From Hormiphora californensis (Eukaryota; Animalia; Ctenophora), in assembly GCA_020137815.1 (NCBI GenBank), contig CM035360.1:434001-498000 (forward strand): 64,000 bases of DNA, read 5' to 3'. The notes beneath the pieces are model-generated. The model searched no databases and was not told the origin of the DNA. It saw nothing but the letters and a program-made list of their open reading frames with translations. This document shows positions 14,111 to 32,010 of the stretch, one piece after another (the stretch's first letter is position 1; each line of letters opens with the position of its first letter). The translations under genes and the position numbers were made by a program.

Positions 14111-14433
14111 AATAATGTGGGTTAGCAGTAATTTACCGCCGGTAAAGTCACACTTTTGACACATAATTTCGACACATTTGGTCACGACCCTGCAATTTCT
14201 TAATAAATTCACATGACCTTGAGTTGAATAGAAAGATTTCGATGCTCTCTTTCTAACAAGCCCACAATCATAAGAAATTGGTCACACAATATCACAATGT
14301 GACTTTACCGCTCACCCATCATGGGCAGAGTAAGGGCTCGAATAAAACCCCTTCTTCCTAAATCCTAGGCTCCCAAACAACATGGTAAACATGTCTCGAT
14401 TACAAACCCATTCTTCCTAGGCTCCCAAACAAC

Positions 14434-19891
<5,458 letters not shown>

Positions 19892-20544
19892 TCGAAGATA
19901 AGGGAAGGGAGACTGAGGGACTGAGAGAGGGACTGGGAGAGAGAGTTGGAGGAATGTGAGAATTGAGGAAGAATGAACTTTTGAGTTGTCAAGAGACTTG
20001 GGGTACAAGACAATGATATTTACTCAGAATAATGTATATTTAGAAATCATGTATAGCAGAGTGAGAATGTACTATGTATCATGATATTGCACGTTGTCCT
20101 CAACGGTGTGTATTCCAGCTTTAAGAGGTCTTTTTGATTGGTAAAACACCTTGTTGATTGGCAGCATGGTTTGCAATTAAAACAGCTGTGAGTGTGATCT
20201 CTGATCCAGCACATAAACAACTTATCGTCGCATACCGTTGCGCGCGAACGTCTTGGAATAAAGAAAGCAAGCTATTGTTAACGTGTTATAACGCGCAAAT
20301 AAGTTTGGCGCGGTTTAAAGGGGGTTATCGTCGCTTGCGCCGCGCACATCAAGCGTTAAAATGTTGAAACTGGTCCGTCGGCTTTTTTGCATTCGCAGTT
20401 TTTTGGAATGCGCTGCAGCCCCCTCATGCGCGCACCCCCGCAACGAGGGGACTGAAGGGAATGCCGCGCGCGCGTTTGGCCTGAGCTCAGGACGGGCCCG
20501 GCTGGGTCGAAGATAACTTTGCGAGCGAAAAAACGGCGGTGCTT

Positions 20545-20677
20545 AAAGTGTAAGCGAAACAACAACGAACTGGCTGCGCGTTCCACAACGTTGCGCATGT
20601 GAATCTCACCGGTGAGATCGTTATGCGCAACGAATGCGCGACGCGCAGCCAGTTCGTTGTTGTTTCGCTTTCACTTT
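20545..20677. repeat. Imperfect inverted repeat within probable DNA-element debris
   Basis: AAAGTGTAAGCGAAACAACAACGAACTGGCTGCGCG ... CGCGCAGCCAGTTCGTTGTTGTTTCGCTTTCACTTT. Confidence 0.6.
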
Positions 20678-21712
20678 ATAACTTTGGCCCCTGAAGTCCG
20701 TTTGACTTGATTCTTTCACTAGCTGTTAGATCTGACAATTATCTACCTTGCTGTTTTTGAGAGAAGTAAATTGGACTTCAGGAGGCTGAGCAATAACTGT
20801 TCAAAGATGGGTTGTTTTCAAAAAGTGACGTCACAGATTCTTGCAGGGACACTTTGTTTCAAATTTGAATTAAAATCTCGAATTTTTTTATTTTACCGCA
20901 CTCGATTTTGCGGAGTTTGGTTCATATCTCCTGTTTCTGATAAGATAGAGACCTGAAACCGGTTGCATTTGAAAGCTGTTATCTTCCTGTTTCCAACGCT
21001 ACCAAAACGATTTCTGTACCTTATCTGGAACCGGAGATATGATTGATTATGTATTCCCCCCTAGCGCGGTATTCCCTCCAGGCCCCTTATATTATATTAT
21101 AAGGGGCCTGCAACGTATGCCAACGCAGTTTTTAGCTTTTGACTTTTTCCTCTCTTCTGTCGAGTGTCGCTGACGATGGTGCTCAGACCACTGTCATGTT
21201 AGCCGCCCATACAGCACTACCAAAAGCGTTGTCCAAAACATGCAAAAAATGCTTTCAATGCCAGCGGATTGCGTTTTAGACGTCCGACAACGGCCATCGG
21301 GTTTTAGTGATCGCAAAGAGTTTTAGTGATCGCAATGACATTAACATTTTATACATGATTAAAAACAATAACCAGAATTAATTTATTATATGTACCCAAT
21401 TTATGTACAGATAAGATTGATTTCTATATCCATTTTAATAATTGAACCGGTACCCCGGCTTTCGCACAACGGCCAACGGGTTGGGCAGCGCTGTGGGTGC
21501 GGCCAATATCACTAAGCACCACTGTAAGGCACTTGGCTCACCGATTTTCAAAGTGGCGTTTGCTTTGTTTTCAACTGCATACCTATATTATCTTTGATTT
21601 TCGATTTAGTTTTATTCTTCTAGATCAAGAACCGTGTAGTTTACAGCCTGCAGAGTTCAGGCCATTTCCCACTACCAAAATCAGTATTTAGTACAACGAT
21701 AAATAATTTAGC

Positions 21713-22747
21713 ATGGCTACACGACGTATCTTCCTTGAATTATCAAAACATGGTCCCCCAGCTTCTGTGATCTCTGTGAGATCCTCTCAACTTGCTGATA
21801 AACCCATCACCGGATCCAGTGTCCTGCTCCAGTTCCTTGCTTCAGCAATAAACCCATCCGACTACAATCAAGTAGAGGGAAAGTACCCCGTCCCAATGGA
21901 CCTCCCTGGTATAGGAGGTAATGAGGGATCGGCTAGAGTTATTGAAGTAGGGGAGAATGTAACTTCTCTTAAAGTTGGGGACACTGTTATCCCAAGTGTA
22001 GCTGGGTTTGGGACCTGGACCACGCACAAAGTAGTTGATGAAAGAGCAGTTAAAAAGTTGCCAAGTGGTTTATCAGTTGCTGCTTCTGCCATGTTTGCTG
22101 TTAACCCGTGTACTGCGTATAGGATGTTGAGGGACTTTAAAACTCTGAAACCAGGTGACTGGGTGATACAAAATGGTGCTACCAGTGGGGTGGGCAGGGC
22201 GGTGATTCAAATGTGCAAAGCAGAGGGTGTCAACACGGTCAATATAATTAGGGACAGGGACAATTCAGATCAAGTGAAAGATGAACTAAAATCAATTGGA
22301 GCTGACGCAGTGTTCACTGTTTCTGAACGTCAAGAACTGGAGACATTCTGTAAAACAAACACACCTCAACTCGCTCTTAACATGGTAGGGGGTAGAGAGA
22401 CGATCAGTTTATTAAAATGTCTGGGTCACGGCTCAAACTTGGTCACGTACGGTGCAATGAGTAACAGTCCGATGAGCGTGCCGTTTGGGCTGATGGTATT
22501 CAAAGATATCACCCTGAACAATTATTGGATGTCTCGGTGGACTCGGGAGTATGCGGGGACACCAGCGGAGGGGGAGATGTTTGAGCAGATTGGAGATTGG
22601 TTTAAATCGGGTGTTCTAACACCTACCCCTCACGAAGAGAGAAGTTTCTTTGACTATGAGGATGCCTTTAAAAGTGCGTTCAAGAGGAAGCAGTTGTTCG
22701 TGGGAGAGAGGACACTGAATGACCCGAGGGTAGATGAATTAGATTGA
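21713..22747 (+). CDS. MECR: Mitochondrial trans-2-enoyl-CoA/ACP reductase (MDR family), intronless
   Basis: 344-aa ORF with the MECR/ETR1 signatures INPSDYNQVEGKYP, GGNEG, VNPCTAYRML, VIQNGATSGVG and LVTYGAMS. Confidence 0.93.
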   Translation: MATRRIFLELSKHGPPASVISVRSSQLADKPITGSSVLLQFLASAINPSDYNQVEGKYPVPMDLPGIGGNEGSARVIEVGENVTSLKVGDTVIPSVAGFGTWTTHKVVDERAVKKLPSGLSVAASAMFAVNPCTAYRMLRDFKTLKPGDWVIQNGATSGVGRAVIQMCKAEGVNTVNIIRDRDNSDQVKDELKSIGADAVFTVSERQELETFCKTNTPQLALNMVGGRETISLLKCLGHGSNLVTYGAMSNSPMSVPFGLMVFKDITLNNYWMSRWTREYAGTPAEGEMFEQIGDWFKSGVLTPTPHEERSFFDYEDAFKSAFKRKQLFVGERTLNDPRVDELD

Positions 22748-23069
22748 TCGGGGGATATTATATTCACATTTTACTCAGTGGGGAGTTGGTTTTGTTAGGT
22801 AGACACCTCACTCTGTGGGATAAGGATCGGTTGGTTGTTTATTAGCCGCATATCAGCGAGGAAGTTTTGTTTTCTCCTTCCGGCTGGACTCTGTGGGATA
22901 AATCTGTGGGATAACTTCGTTACCAATGGTTTTGTACAGTTTTTTAGAGATGCTTTCAGAACTGAAAGTTGTGTTTATTAAATCATACCTGGTTTATAGC
23001 CACAGCTTCTTTAGTTAATTTGTTGTGAATTTAATTTTCTAATTCCATGTTCAGGATCTAAATGGCAAA

Positions 23070-24326
23070 ATGTTAGGGTTTTTCCGGCGATTTCTCTCTT
23101 TTCTTGTCTCTTTTTGTCAACGGTTTATTCGAAGTAAAAACAAGGAGACCCCTGTGTTACCAACCGCATTCAGTAAAAAAGAGGTAAATACTGGTCCCTG
23201 ATTGGCTGATAACCAGTCACGTGACCTAAATAACGAGTTCTGATTGGTTGTGGTCATTAAAAGTAGTACCGGCTTTGGGAAAGAGGTAAGTGACTAAGTT
23301 GGGGGGGTCATTAAAAGTAGTACCGGCTTTGGGAAAGAGTTAGCGTTATTGGACGGTAATTTATTATTTTTATTTCCAATTAAAGTTGTTCATTGGATAG
23401 AACTATTTTGGGTGTATTAAACAGTTTTATATCAAGATAAGACGCACGCACATCCAAGACCCCACACAGCTGCAGCGAAGGGACCTCAATCGATATAATT
23501 AAATATAATTTTTGCTAAATTATGAAATTCAACACGATAGAAAATCTCCAATCTCCCCAGGAGAAATGGGACGATTGGGAACCCATGGTATCCGTGGTAG
23601 TGGACAAGAAACAGGAAGAAGAACAGATACCAGAGCAGGAGCCAGACTTTTTTGCTGATATGGTGCCCAAATTCAAGGCTCCCCCTCAAATTAGGATCAG
23701 AACAAGCGAAGATGGAAGCGGAGGTAACAAGTTTGCTGTGGATAATTCTTTTACAATGGTAAGTCATTTCTAGCTATATAGACTCTGTTGGAGGGTTAGA
23801 ACATAACAAGTTAGTCATTCATGTCTATCTCCACCAAGGGAATGATTATATCTCCACCAGGTCATGGGGAATGATTTTCTTTCGGGAGTGAGGGAATATG
23901 TTCTATCTAGGGCGGGGGGAGGGGATGTCCAACTTTTTGGAAACGGAACTTTTTTGGGAAGCAATTTTTAAATTTGCTCAATGCATTTCAACTTTAGCAT
24001 GTTTTCCCTCGCATAACAAATGACCCCCTCTATCCCCTCTACCCCGCTCTAACCCCCCGCTCTAACCCCGCTCTAACCCCCGCTCTAAACCCCCTCTAAC
24101 CCCCTCTAAACCCCCTCTAACCCCCCTCTAACCCCCCCCCCCCCAGAGAGACCCGGTAGTGCTGGGAGAGCTAGATGATGAGGACGATACTGGTGCTGGA
24201 TGGGGGAGTGAGGAAATGGACGAGAGTGAGATATTAGCTGTAAAGAACGAAGTAATGAAACAAAAGCGTGCCAGTGAGAGGGAAAAGAGGAGGAGGGAGA
24301 AGGAACGGTCTAGTAAATTATCATGA
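23070..24326 (+). CDS. EBAG9: EBAG9/RCAS1 homolog, 3 exons (23070-23183, 23561-23758, 24147-24326)
   Basis: N-terminal hydrophobic FLSFLVSFCQR..VLPT, then WDDWE, EPDFFADMVP, LGELDD..W and a C-terminal coiled coil; exons join in frame. Confidence 0.8.
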
Positions 24327-24654
24327 TGACTATATATGGAGATGACCATATTTGGACATGTATTTCAGGGGCTTCTATAGTTTGTTTATTTTACCAAGGT
24401 TGGTTATAGTGTTTGGCGGGTATTGAATAAAGTTTGCTTCTGCTCTATACGTGGTAGTGTGTTTTGGAACTTGTGTTTTGTTATGTGTGTAATATCTGCA
24501 TTCTGCATGGTACATTGTTTTATCCTTTCCCTGTTTTCAAACCGATTTTGGCCGCCACCCCTCTTTTTGAGTTTAGAAACTTCGACAAAAAGTTTTCAAA
24601 CACGTGGTTGTATCTTAACCCTCTTCTACCTGTCTTCAACTGCTCCATTCTTAG

Positions 24655-24839
24655 CCTGTATTTCTAACTAGCAGAACCCGCTCTTAACCTGTAGTTCTAA
24701 CTAGTAGAACCCGCTCTTAACCTGTATTTCTAACTAGTAGAACCCCCTCTTAACCTGTAGTTCTAACTAGTAGAACCCGCTCTTAACCTGTATTTCTAAC
24801 TAGTAGAACCCGCTCTTAACCTGTATTTCTAACTAGTAG
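24655..24839. repeat. 33-bp tandem repeat ending at an AG just before an ATG
   Basis: About 5.5 copies of CTTAACCTGTATTTCTAACTAGTAGAACCCGCT. Confidence 0.85.
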
Positions 24840-24840
24840 T

Positions 24841-26366
24841 ATGCGAACGAGAGGTATCCAAATTCCTATTGACGAGGATTCTAGGGACTCAATCGATCTG
24901 GTAAGTTGCTGCTCCACCCCCCTGATTTGGTAAAGAAATTACCCTAACTAAGTCAGAAAGGTATGTTTTAGCGTGCCCGCAAGGTAGGGGTATTTTCGTT
25001 GCCAACCTCCTGATAAAATGAATCTGGGTTGTGTGTCATGGCTCTAGGTTATAGAATACCAAACTCTGCCGCAGCATCTTTGTCTCATATAAGACTGTCC
25101 TCTCCGCACCGGAGAAGCCGCGTAACAATGTTACAGTCTGACAACAACATCTAGATAGTTTGACAGCTTCCAAACCCCGAACACCCAATATAACTACCCC
25201 CTCTCTACTGCAGACAGATGGGATATCGACAAGATCAAGATCAGCTAGAGCATCTGCACCACACAGTAAGTCTCTATAACACTTCCTCACACGGCTGACA
25301 GCATAACTCGTGTGTGTGTGTGTTGTGTGGCACACTGGTTGTCACACAAATCCCTGAAAGATTGACGTAGCGCGCGAGACTCTTGCTCCACATACCTCAG
25401 CGCTGGGTTGTTTTTGCCGCGCACACTCTCCCAGATTTTCCCACGCTATTCATCATGAATTTATGACGTCATGCACTCTCTCTCACAGCGATAGTTTTGA
25501 GGCAGAGGCTTCCAGAACCACTGGACAGGTATATTCTGCGGACTCACAAACGGAAGAAGTATTTCTCGTACCCGGATATCGAGTATGCTGCTACCAAGAG
25601 AGCAAGACAAGGGGATGGAGGTGAGGGTGAAAAGGTAATGAATCATCTCCCCCCTCTTTAAAGTCGGATTTTTTGAAACTATCACCCCCAAATGACCGCG
25701 CATGTCAAATTTATCAATTTTGACGCGCACACCACACGTTAATATGTGATGTGACGCACAAAAACATTCCGCGCACGAGAAGGGGGGGTGTCAGTTTCAA
25801 AAAATCCGACTTTATACATAAAGTCGGATTTTTTGAAGATGTCACCCCCCTTTTCGTGCGCGGAATGTTTTTGCGCGTCACATCACATGTTAACGTGTGG
25901 TGTGCGCGTCAAAACTGAGAAATTTCACATGCGCAGTCATTTGGGGGTGACAACTTCAAAAAATCCGACTTTAGTGTATCGTGAATATGTTTTAGTACAT
26001 AGGTACACGTTTGATATCATAAGATATGGGAAAATGGGGTTTACCAAAATCCCAGACTGATTCCCATCTAATCACTCTCCCTGGAGAGATCAGATAACCA
26101 TGACATGTGATGACCATATATGGGCATGTGATGACGTCATATCACCATATTAGGTACTATTTTACACTTCCCAGGCTGACTCCCACCACTCTCCCCGGAG
26201 ACTCCGTGGTAGGGATGGTGGGAGGACGGAGGACGGAGGACGTGGAAGGGATGGTGGCAGAACGGAGCATTCACGAGGGAGCTCTAGGCAGGTAGTCAGC
26301 AGGAAAACTAATAGGACTATACTAAGGAGAAAGAAGAAGAAGAGCTCCTTGATGCGATTGAAACGG
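24841..26366 (+). CDS. Four in-phase exons of a basic low-complexity protein N-terminus (possibly the ATAD2 N-terminus); 3' continuation not found
   Basis: Exons 24841-24900, ~25214-25265, ~25489-25633 and ~26175-26366 splice in frame (MRTRGIQ...RYILRTHKRKK...RRKKKKSSLMRLKR) and end at a GT donor. Confidence 0.45.
25660..25972. mobile_element. Two head-to-head copies of a ~150-bp MITE
   Basis: TIR TAAAGTCGGATTTTTTGAA / TTCAAAAAATCCGACTTTA occurs four times; the whole block is palindromic. Confidence 0.7.
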
Positions 26367-27367
26367 TAATTAATATTTAACGGTAATTTAACGGAATGGG
26401 AAAGGGAGGGGCTCGGAGGAGAGTAGTTATCCCTAAATTTGTGATCAGTAGGATTGCTCTAGATTGCTAATGTAATTCAGCAAACACGAAACGTTATAAA
26501 TTGGGGGAGGGGGCATTATAAGGCAGCGGATTACGGAAATGACTTTGCACAATCAATGAAATTGATTTCTTCACACATGAGACATCACACGCGACGTGAT
26601 CAGTACACAAACCGCGTATTCTCTCAGAAAAGATTTTCGAGGGGGAACCTAGGCTTCTTTTCTGGGAGTTCAATCCGTAATCCACCGTGTAAGATTCTTA
26701 TCCGCCCGACTTTTTGTGCTCACGGGAGTTGTCGATATTTTCGGTCATCGATATCTAAAGTCGGTTTTGTCACCCCAAACTCATGCACGTGTTTTTTAAT
26801 GTGCACGCCATTCGTTACTTTCATAGGCAGTAGGCACTAGGCCCGCAAACCAAATCTTGTGCACAAAAGCAGGGGTTCAAAGAATCAGATATTTGAGACT
26901 TTCAAAAACTTCAATTAGAATTTTGTGTAACTAAATTACTCGCAATAACACACTAAGTATCATACAATAACACTGACTATAAAGATCAAAATCACAATCG
27001 GCTACTATAACACGTGTAATAGTGTAACAGTGTACTGTTATAGTACATCATGATATCAAGATATGAAGACCCTAGATTGTTTGAGTACTATACAACTGTT
27101 TTGGTACAGAGAATAAGGATCGGTTGATTGTTTATTGTATTAGCCGCATATATCAATGAGGAAGTTTAGATTTCTCCTTCCGGAAGGAGAAAACTAAATT
27201 TCCTCATTGTTTTAATACATAATTCGTTTTTTTGTAGGGTCACCACTCACACAGAGTTTGAAATTTCTTGATTTATAAGCTAGTTTCTGCCATGAAATAC
27301 TGGTCCCTGATTGGCTGACAACCAGTCACGTGACCTAAATAACGAGTTCTGATTGGTTGTTGTTGAT

Positions 27368-30300
27368 TTATAAGCTAGTTTCTGCCATGTCCTCTCTTCT
27401 GTATTCTCTGGCTGATGTTGCTGTAGTCTGCAGGGTGGGACAGATCTTCCTAACAGAACTCACCAAGAACGAAATGGCCGACCTTGCTAGACCCATGTAG
27501 AAGTTTGATTCGTAGAGGAGGGGATTGATGACAGAGTTGATCGGCAGAATCAGGATGGAGAAGTATGGATACCAGCTGGTGGCATCGATTGCCTCTGCTA
27601 GGTGGAGGAAAGCCACCACCCCCAGAGGGATCCAGCAGAAGAAATCCGTTACGATAATGGCAAATATTTTCGCGTTTAGTTCTCTGTTGTTTCCACCGAA
27701 CCGGCCTGCATTTCTACCCAACCTGCTCGTTCTGTAGCCGATGAGAGTGTAGCTTATCGCGATGAATAGGAAACATAGACAGTTCATCGTTAAAACAGCG
27801 GTTGAAAAGCCCCACTGCGGATCATCTGTCCTTACCAAGTACTTGAAGATGCAAACACCAGCATTCCCGTAAAAATCGACTTTTTCTCCTCTCATTTCTG
27901 AAATCAAGCAGCATGTTAAACGAATTTATAAATAATAAAAGTAAGAAGGTGTTAGCTATATAAGGGACGTTCGCGTTCGTACATTGAGTCGGTAGAAATG
28001 GGGGCTGCAGACATTCGATATAGCTGATGGACACACACGTTACGTTCAAAAGACGGTGCAGCCTGCTTTTCTACCGACCCAATCTAATTAAATGGTATAA
28101 TTAGGATTAACAAGATACAGTCGGACCCCGATTTAGGGACACCCTCGGGGGAAAGGCTCTTGTCCACTAAATCGGGGTGTCCACTAAATCGGGGTCAAAT
28201 AAGGTTAATTTCTTAGATCGGGGGAAAAAATCATGTCCCTAAATCGGGGTGCACTAAATCGGGGCCCCTAAATCGGGGTCCGACTGTATAATGGTTAGCT
28301 AGAATGTCTACCTTTCGGGTCTCTCGAGAACATGTCAGCCGCGGCCGATCTTATCTCTCCCCAGGATGATCCATTACTCCAAGAACTGGAGTTTTCGCCG
28401 AAATAAACTTTAAAAGCTTCAAAATGTCGCAGCTTGTCAACTGTTCCCAAAAATAGTGGCGATTCCTTATAGTAAAGGCCGTTAACAAAGTAGTCTTCAA
28501 AAATCGGTAGAATTGGACTTACTGCAATCATCAGACTTGCGAGTATTGGGCCTCCTGCTAGGATTCCTAATTTTACTGCAGATGTGTAGGTTCCACAATC
28601 TTGAAGGACCATACTTCCCACTGTGGTGGCTCTACTTATTGCCAACATTGTCATCGCGAAGAGTGACAGTTGAGATCCAGTGGTGCTGAGAACCCCAAGA
28701 AAGGAGCACTCCGTAGAACTGTACCATTCGTAACGTTTCTGACAATAGTCTCCAGACATCTTGTGAATCTGGTCAAAGTAGGATACTGCAAGGAGATAAA
28801 GTCCTAAGCACAAGTCTCCAAGGTTAATCATCGTTATACCAAGTTGGTTCAGGAACATTTCATATGCTTCGTGGTGGGTTAGTTTCGAGCCTGATCTCAC
28901 AAGAGAAACAGTGTTCAGCACTGTCGACATGGTTCCCACGATGTAGCTGCCTATCCTCAGATGGTTGTTTTCGAAGATGTTAAAGTGGCTTGGTGGGCAT
29001 TCAGGCTGGCATTCATCCGAGTAATCTCCACAACTTACTACTCCATTGCACACTTGTGACAAGTCCAGATAAGTATCACTAGAGTTACACTTGAAATTGT
29101 TTTTACAGTTTTTCTCGTCAGAACCATCCCCACAGTCGTCTTTAAGGTCACAAACTTGTTGGTATTGCACACACTTTTTGTTGAAACAGGGAAAAATCTG
29201 ATGGTCATACCATGAACTGTTTGCGATTTTCAGCAAAGTTGTAACTGTATTATCCCGTGTGAGGGCCCGGACACTGTCGCTACGGTTTTTGCAAGTGTCT
29301 CCAGGTACATCGATCAGTGGGCAGTCAGCATCTAGACAAATGTTGTTGCATGCAGCGTAGACATAGTTCTCTCCAAACAGATTTAGACAGCTGATATTTT
29401 CATTGGGCAGAATAACCATTGTAGGCTTCGTTACATTAAGAACTGTTGATACGTATCCGGACATGTGTTCTCTGATCGAGCAGTTGGAAAATCGGTATGT
29501 CTCGTAGCCTTTGGAGAGGCAATGTGGCAATATTTTCAGTCCGTTGATTTTAGGAGAGGTGTTATTAACATCTCCCATCCCTAAATCGATGACAGCAGCA
29601 CAGAGATCATTTTCAAAGAGACAGGTGGGAATCTTGTCACAAAGTTCCGGAAGTCGTATGAATTTGCTTTCTGACGGGCACAAAAGAACCGATTCACAGT
29701 CTGAATTGGGGCCTTCGTAGTAGGTAAAATAGTTCGAGCCACACTTTTCCCACTGCGTTTCATCTTCATCTGTTCCATCGATACAGTCATTCTGCCCATC
29801 CATTAGCCATTCTAACGGTATTGGTAGAGAGACTATTCTTTTGCACGTTCTGTGACTGAAATCTTCTAACACAGTTGATGTTAGTTTTACTAGTGCAGAT
29901 TTCATCTTTCCCCAAGTAACAATCAACATGTCCATCACACTTTTGTCCCTTGTGGATTGTACAGTCCGGTTCAGGTTCAAAACACTCATTATTGTAGTTA
30001 TCATCACAAAGATCTTCAAATCCCTTGCAGTATCCCCAGATGGAAATGTTTGTTGGATATCCATTAGACAGACACTGCATTGCAACTCTATCAGGATCAC
30101 TGCAGTTGGTCTGATCCTGCCCATTAGAACATATTCGATAAAACGGCATGAAGCACCGCATACTTTGCTGGATCTTGATACGCTGTTTAATCCACTTTGT
30201 ATACCTACATGTGGTATGGTCAGCAGTCTTCGTGGTATGGTCAGCAGTCTTCGTGGTATGGTCAGCAGTCTTCGTGGTATGGTCAGCAGTCTTCGTGGTA

Positions 30301-31295
30301 TGGTCAGCAGTCTTCGTGGTATGGTCAGCAGTCGTCGTGGTATGGTCAGCAGTCGTCGTGGTATGGTCAGCAGTCGTCGTGGTATGGCCAGCAGTCGTCG
30401 TGGTATGGTCAGCAGTGGTCCAATTGTAGCACCCAACTTCATCTTCTCCATTGGGACAATCTGACCTACCATCACACATCTCGTAAGGAGACACCCACGT
30501 GTCCCCACATTGTACACCATACTGCACACCGTTACAGTACGACTCATCCTCACCAAATTCAGTGTCAAGTATTCCATCACAAACCGTACTGTCATTCCTG
30601 CTATTGCAGTTAACCATGTTCAAGTCTCCATCACACTCGCAGTGAAAATCTTTGCAGCGAGTATATTCTTCAACAACGCTTCCAGCAAAGTATGAGCCGG
30701 AAAATTCTGAATAACACATGTACGTTCCACAAAGGAGAGATGTTCCATTCAGCTCCCTGGACCCTGAACACCCATCGTGCCCACATGCCTGGTACGTTCC
30801 TGGGTCATCTTGACACCGGCGTGTTACCCTTAAGTAAGAACAACGACCACTACTAGCACCATATGGATATTTCACAGTGTAAAGTTCATCTGACCAGGGA
30901 CATTTGAATTTCCTTTTCCCGTCTTTTTTTACCCCACACTGTTCGTGTAGGTAGCCATTCACTTCAACAGCTGTACAGTTGGACGTAGGGTTACTCGGCA
31001 AATAGTCAGCAGTGGTGGTGTTGGTCCTGTTATTGGTACTTGTTGACTTTTCAGCCGCACGTCCATATATTGTATGGTTATTAGCACTCTTTGTAGTATT
31101 TGGCTCATCTGCATTGGTATGGTTGGTTGGTTGGTTGGTGAGAGCGGTTGGTTCTATTGCAGCTTTGTTGGGGGCTGATGGTTGACCATGAAAGGCTTCG
31201 GCTACACTCTCGGTGGTTGGCTCAGCTACATTGCCTTGTGATGTGATAGATGCCAACCAGAGTACAAATGTAGCACAGAACAGGGCCAGCTTCAT
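27368..31295 (-). CDS. LDL-receptor class A repeat rhodopsin-type GPCR (GRL101/LGR-type 7TM, no LRRs), with one frameshift near 29835-29850
   Basis: Signal peptide, several CDG..DC..G.DE LDLa motifs, then TM1-7 (NLGDLCLGLYL, CSFLGVLST, TDFFCWIPL, LPINSVINPLLY). Intron 27898-28311 joins in frame (DPK|EMRG). Confidence 0.85.
28118..28286. mobile_element. Tc1/mariner-pogo-type MITE; second copy at 50124-50296 and a short derivative at ~41045-41111
   Basis: TIR CAGTCGGACCCCGATTTAG with a TA TSD and internal CTAAATCGGGG repeats. Confidence 0.85.
30210..30416 (-). repeat. Coding 21-bp tandem repeat (TTADHTT/TKTADHT x~10) in the GPCR ectodomain
   Basis: GTGGTATGGTCAGCAGTC(T/G)TC tandem copies, in frame. 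Confidence 0.9.
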
Positions 31296-31675
31296 CTCTG
31301 CTAGAAGGGAAGAGATGTAGTGTAGCTAGTATGAGAACAGGCTGCCATCGAGTGATAGATTGCAGCAACAAATTATATGAAATATGGGTTGGGTCCAGCC
31401 CTAAAAAGGCCATCGGTACCCTGACTTTGGTCGATGGCCTTTTTAAGCCTTTTTAGCATTTTCTAGGCGTGTCCCCTTATCTCAAAAATTCACTTTTTGT
31501 CTGTCCTGAACTTATAGACAGTTGCCTATGTGGCTAGAAGTGAGACTGGTGGCACTTTATACCATAAATCATAAGGATTTCCCCTATCCGATGCCTAGTT
31601 TTCCCCTTGAGTGAGCATTGCCAATTATATGGCAAGAAGAGATATAAGAGCCCCTTGAGAATACTGGGGAACACC

Positions 31676-32010
31676 GAGTAGAGCTGTACTAATTAAAATG
31701 GGGTAGAGTCGTATTAATGGAGTAGAGTTGTACTAATTGAAATGAGGTAGAGTTGTACTAAATGAAATGGGGTAGAGTTGTACTAATGGAGTAGAGCTGT
31801 ACTAATTGAAATGGGGTAGAGTTGTACAAATGGAGTAGAGCTGTACTAATTGAAATGGGGTAGAGTTGTACTAATGGAGTAGAGTTGTACTAATGGAGTA
31901 GAGCTGTACTAAATGAAATGGAGTAGAGTTGTACAAATGGAGTAGAGCTGTACTAATTGAAATGAGGTAGAGTTGTACTAATGGAGTAGAGTTGTACTAA
32001 ATGAAATGGG
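31676..32010. repeat. Short array of the 18/23-bp GTAGAGTTGTACTAA satellite
   Basis: Same unit as the 34700-37580 array. Confidence 0.9.

Noticed and set aside
24040-24145. Interstitial telomeric repeat
   Set aside because: CTCTAACCCCC(G) units are not (TAACCC)n; better explained as a duplicated branch point and pyrimidine tract.
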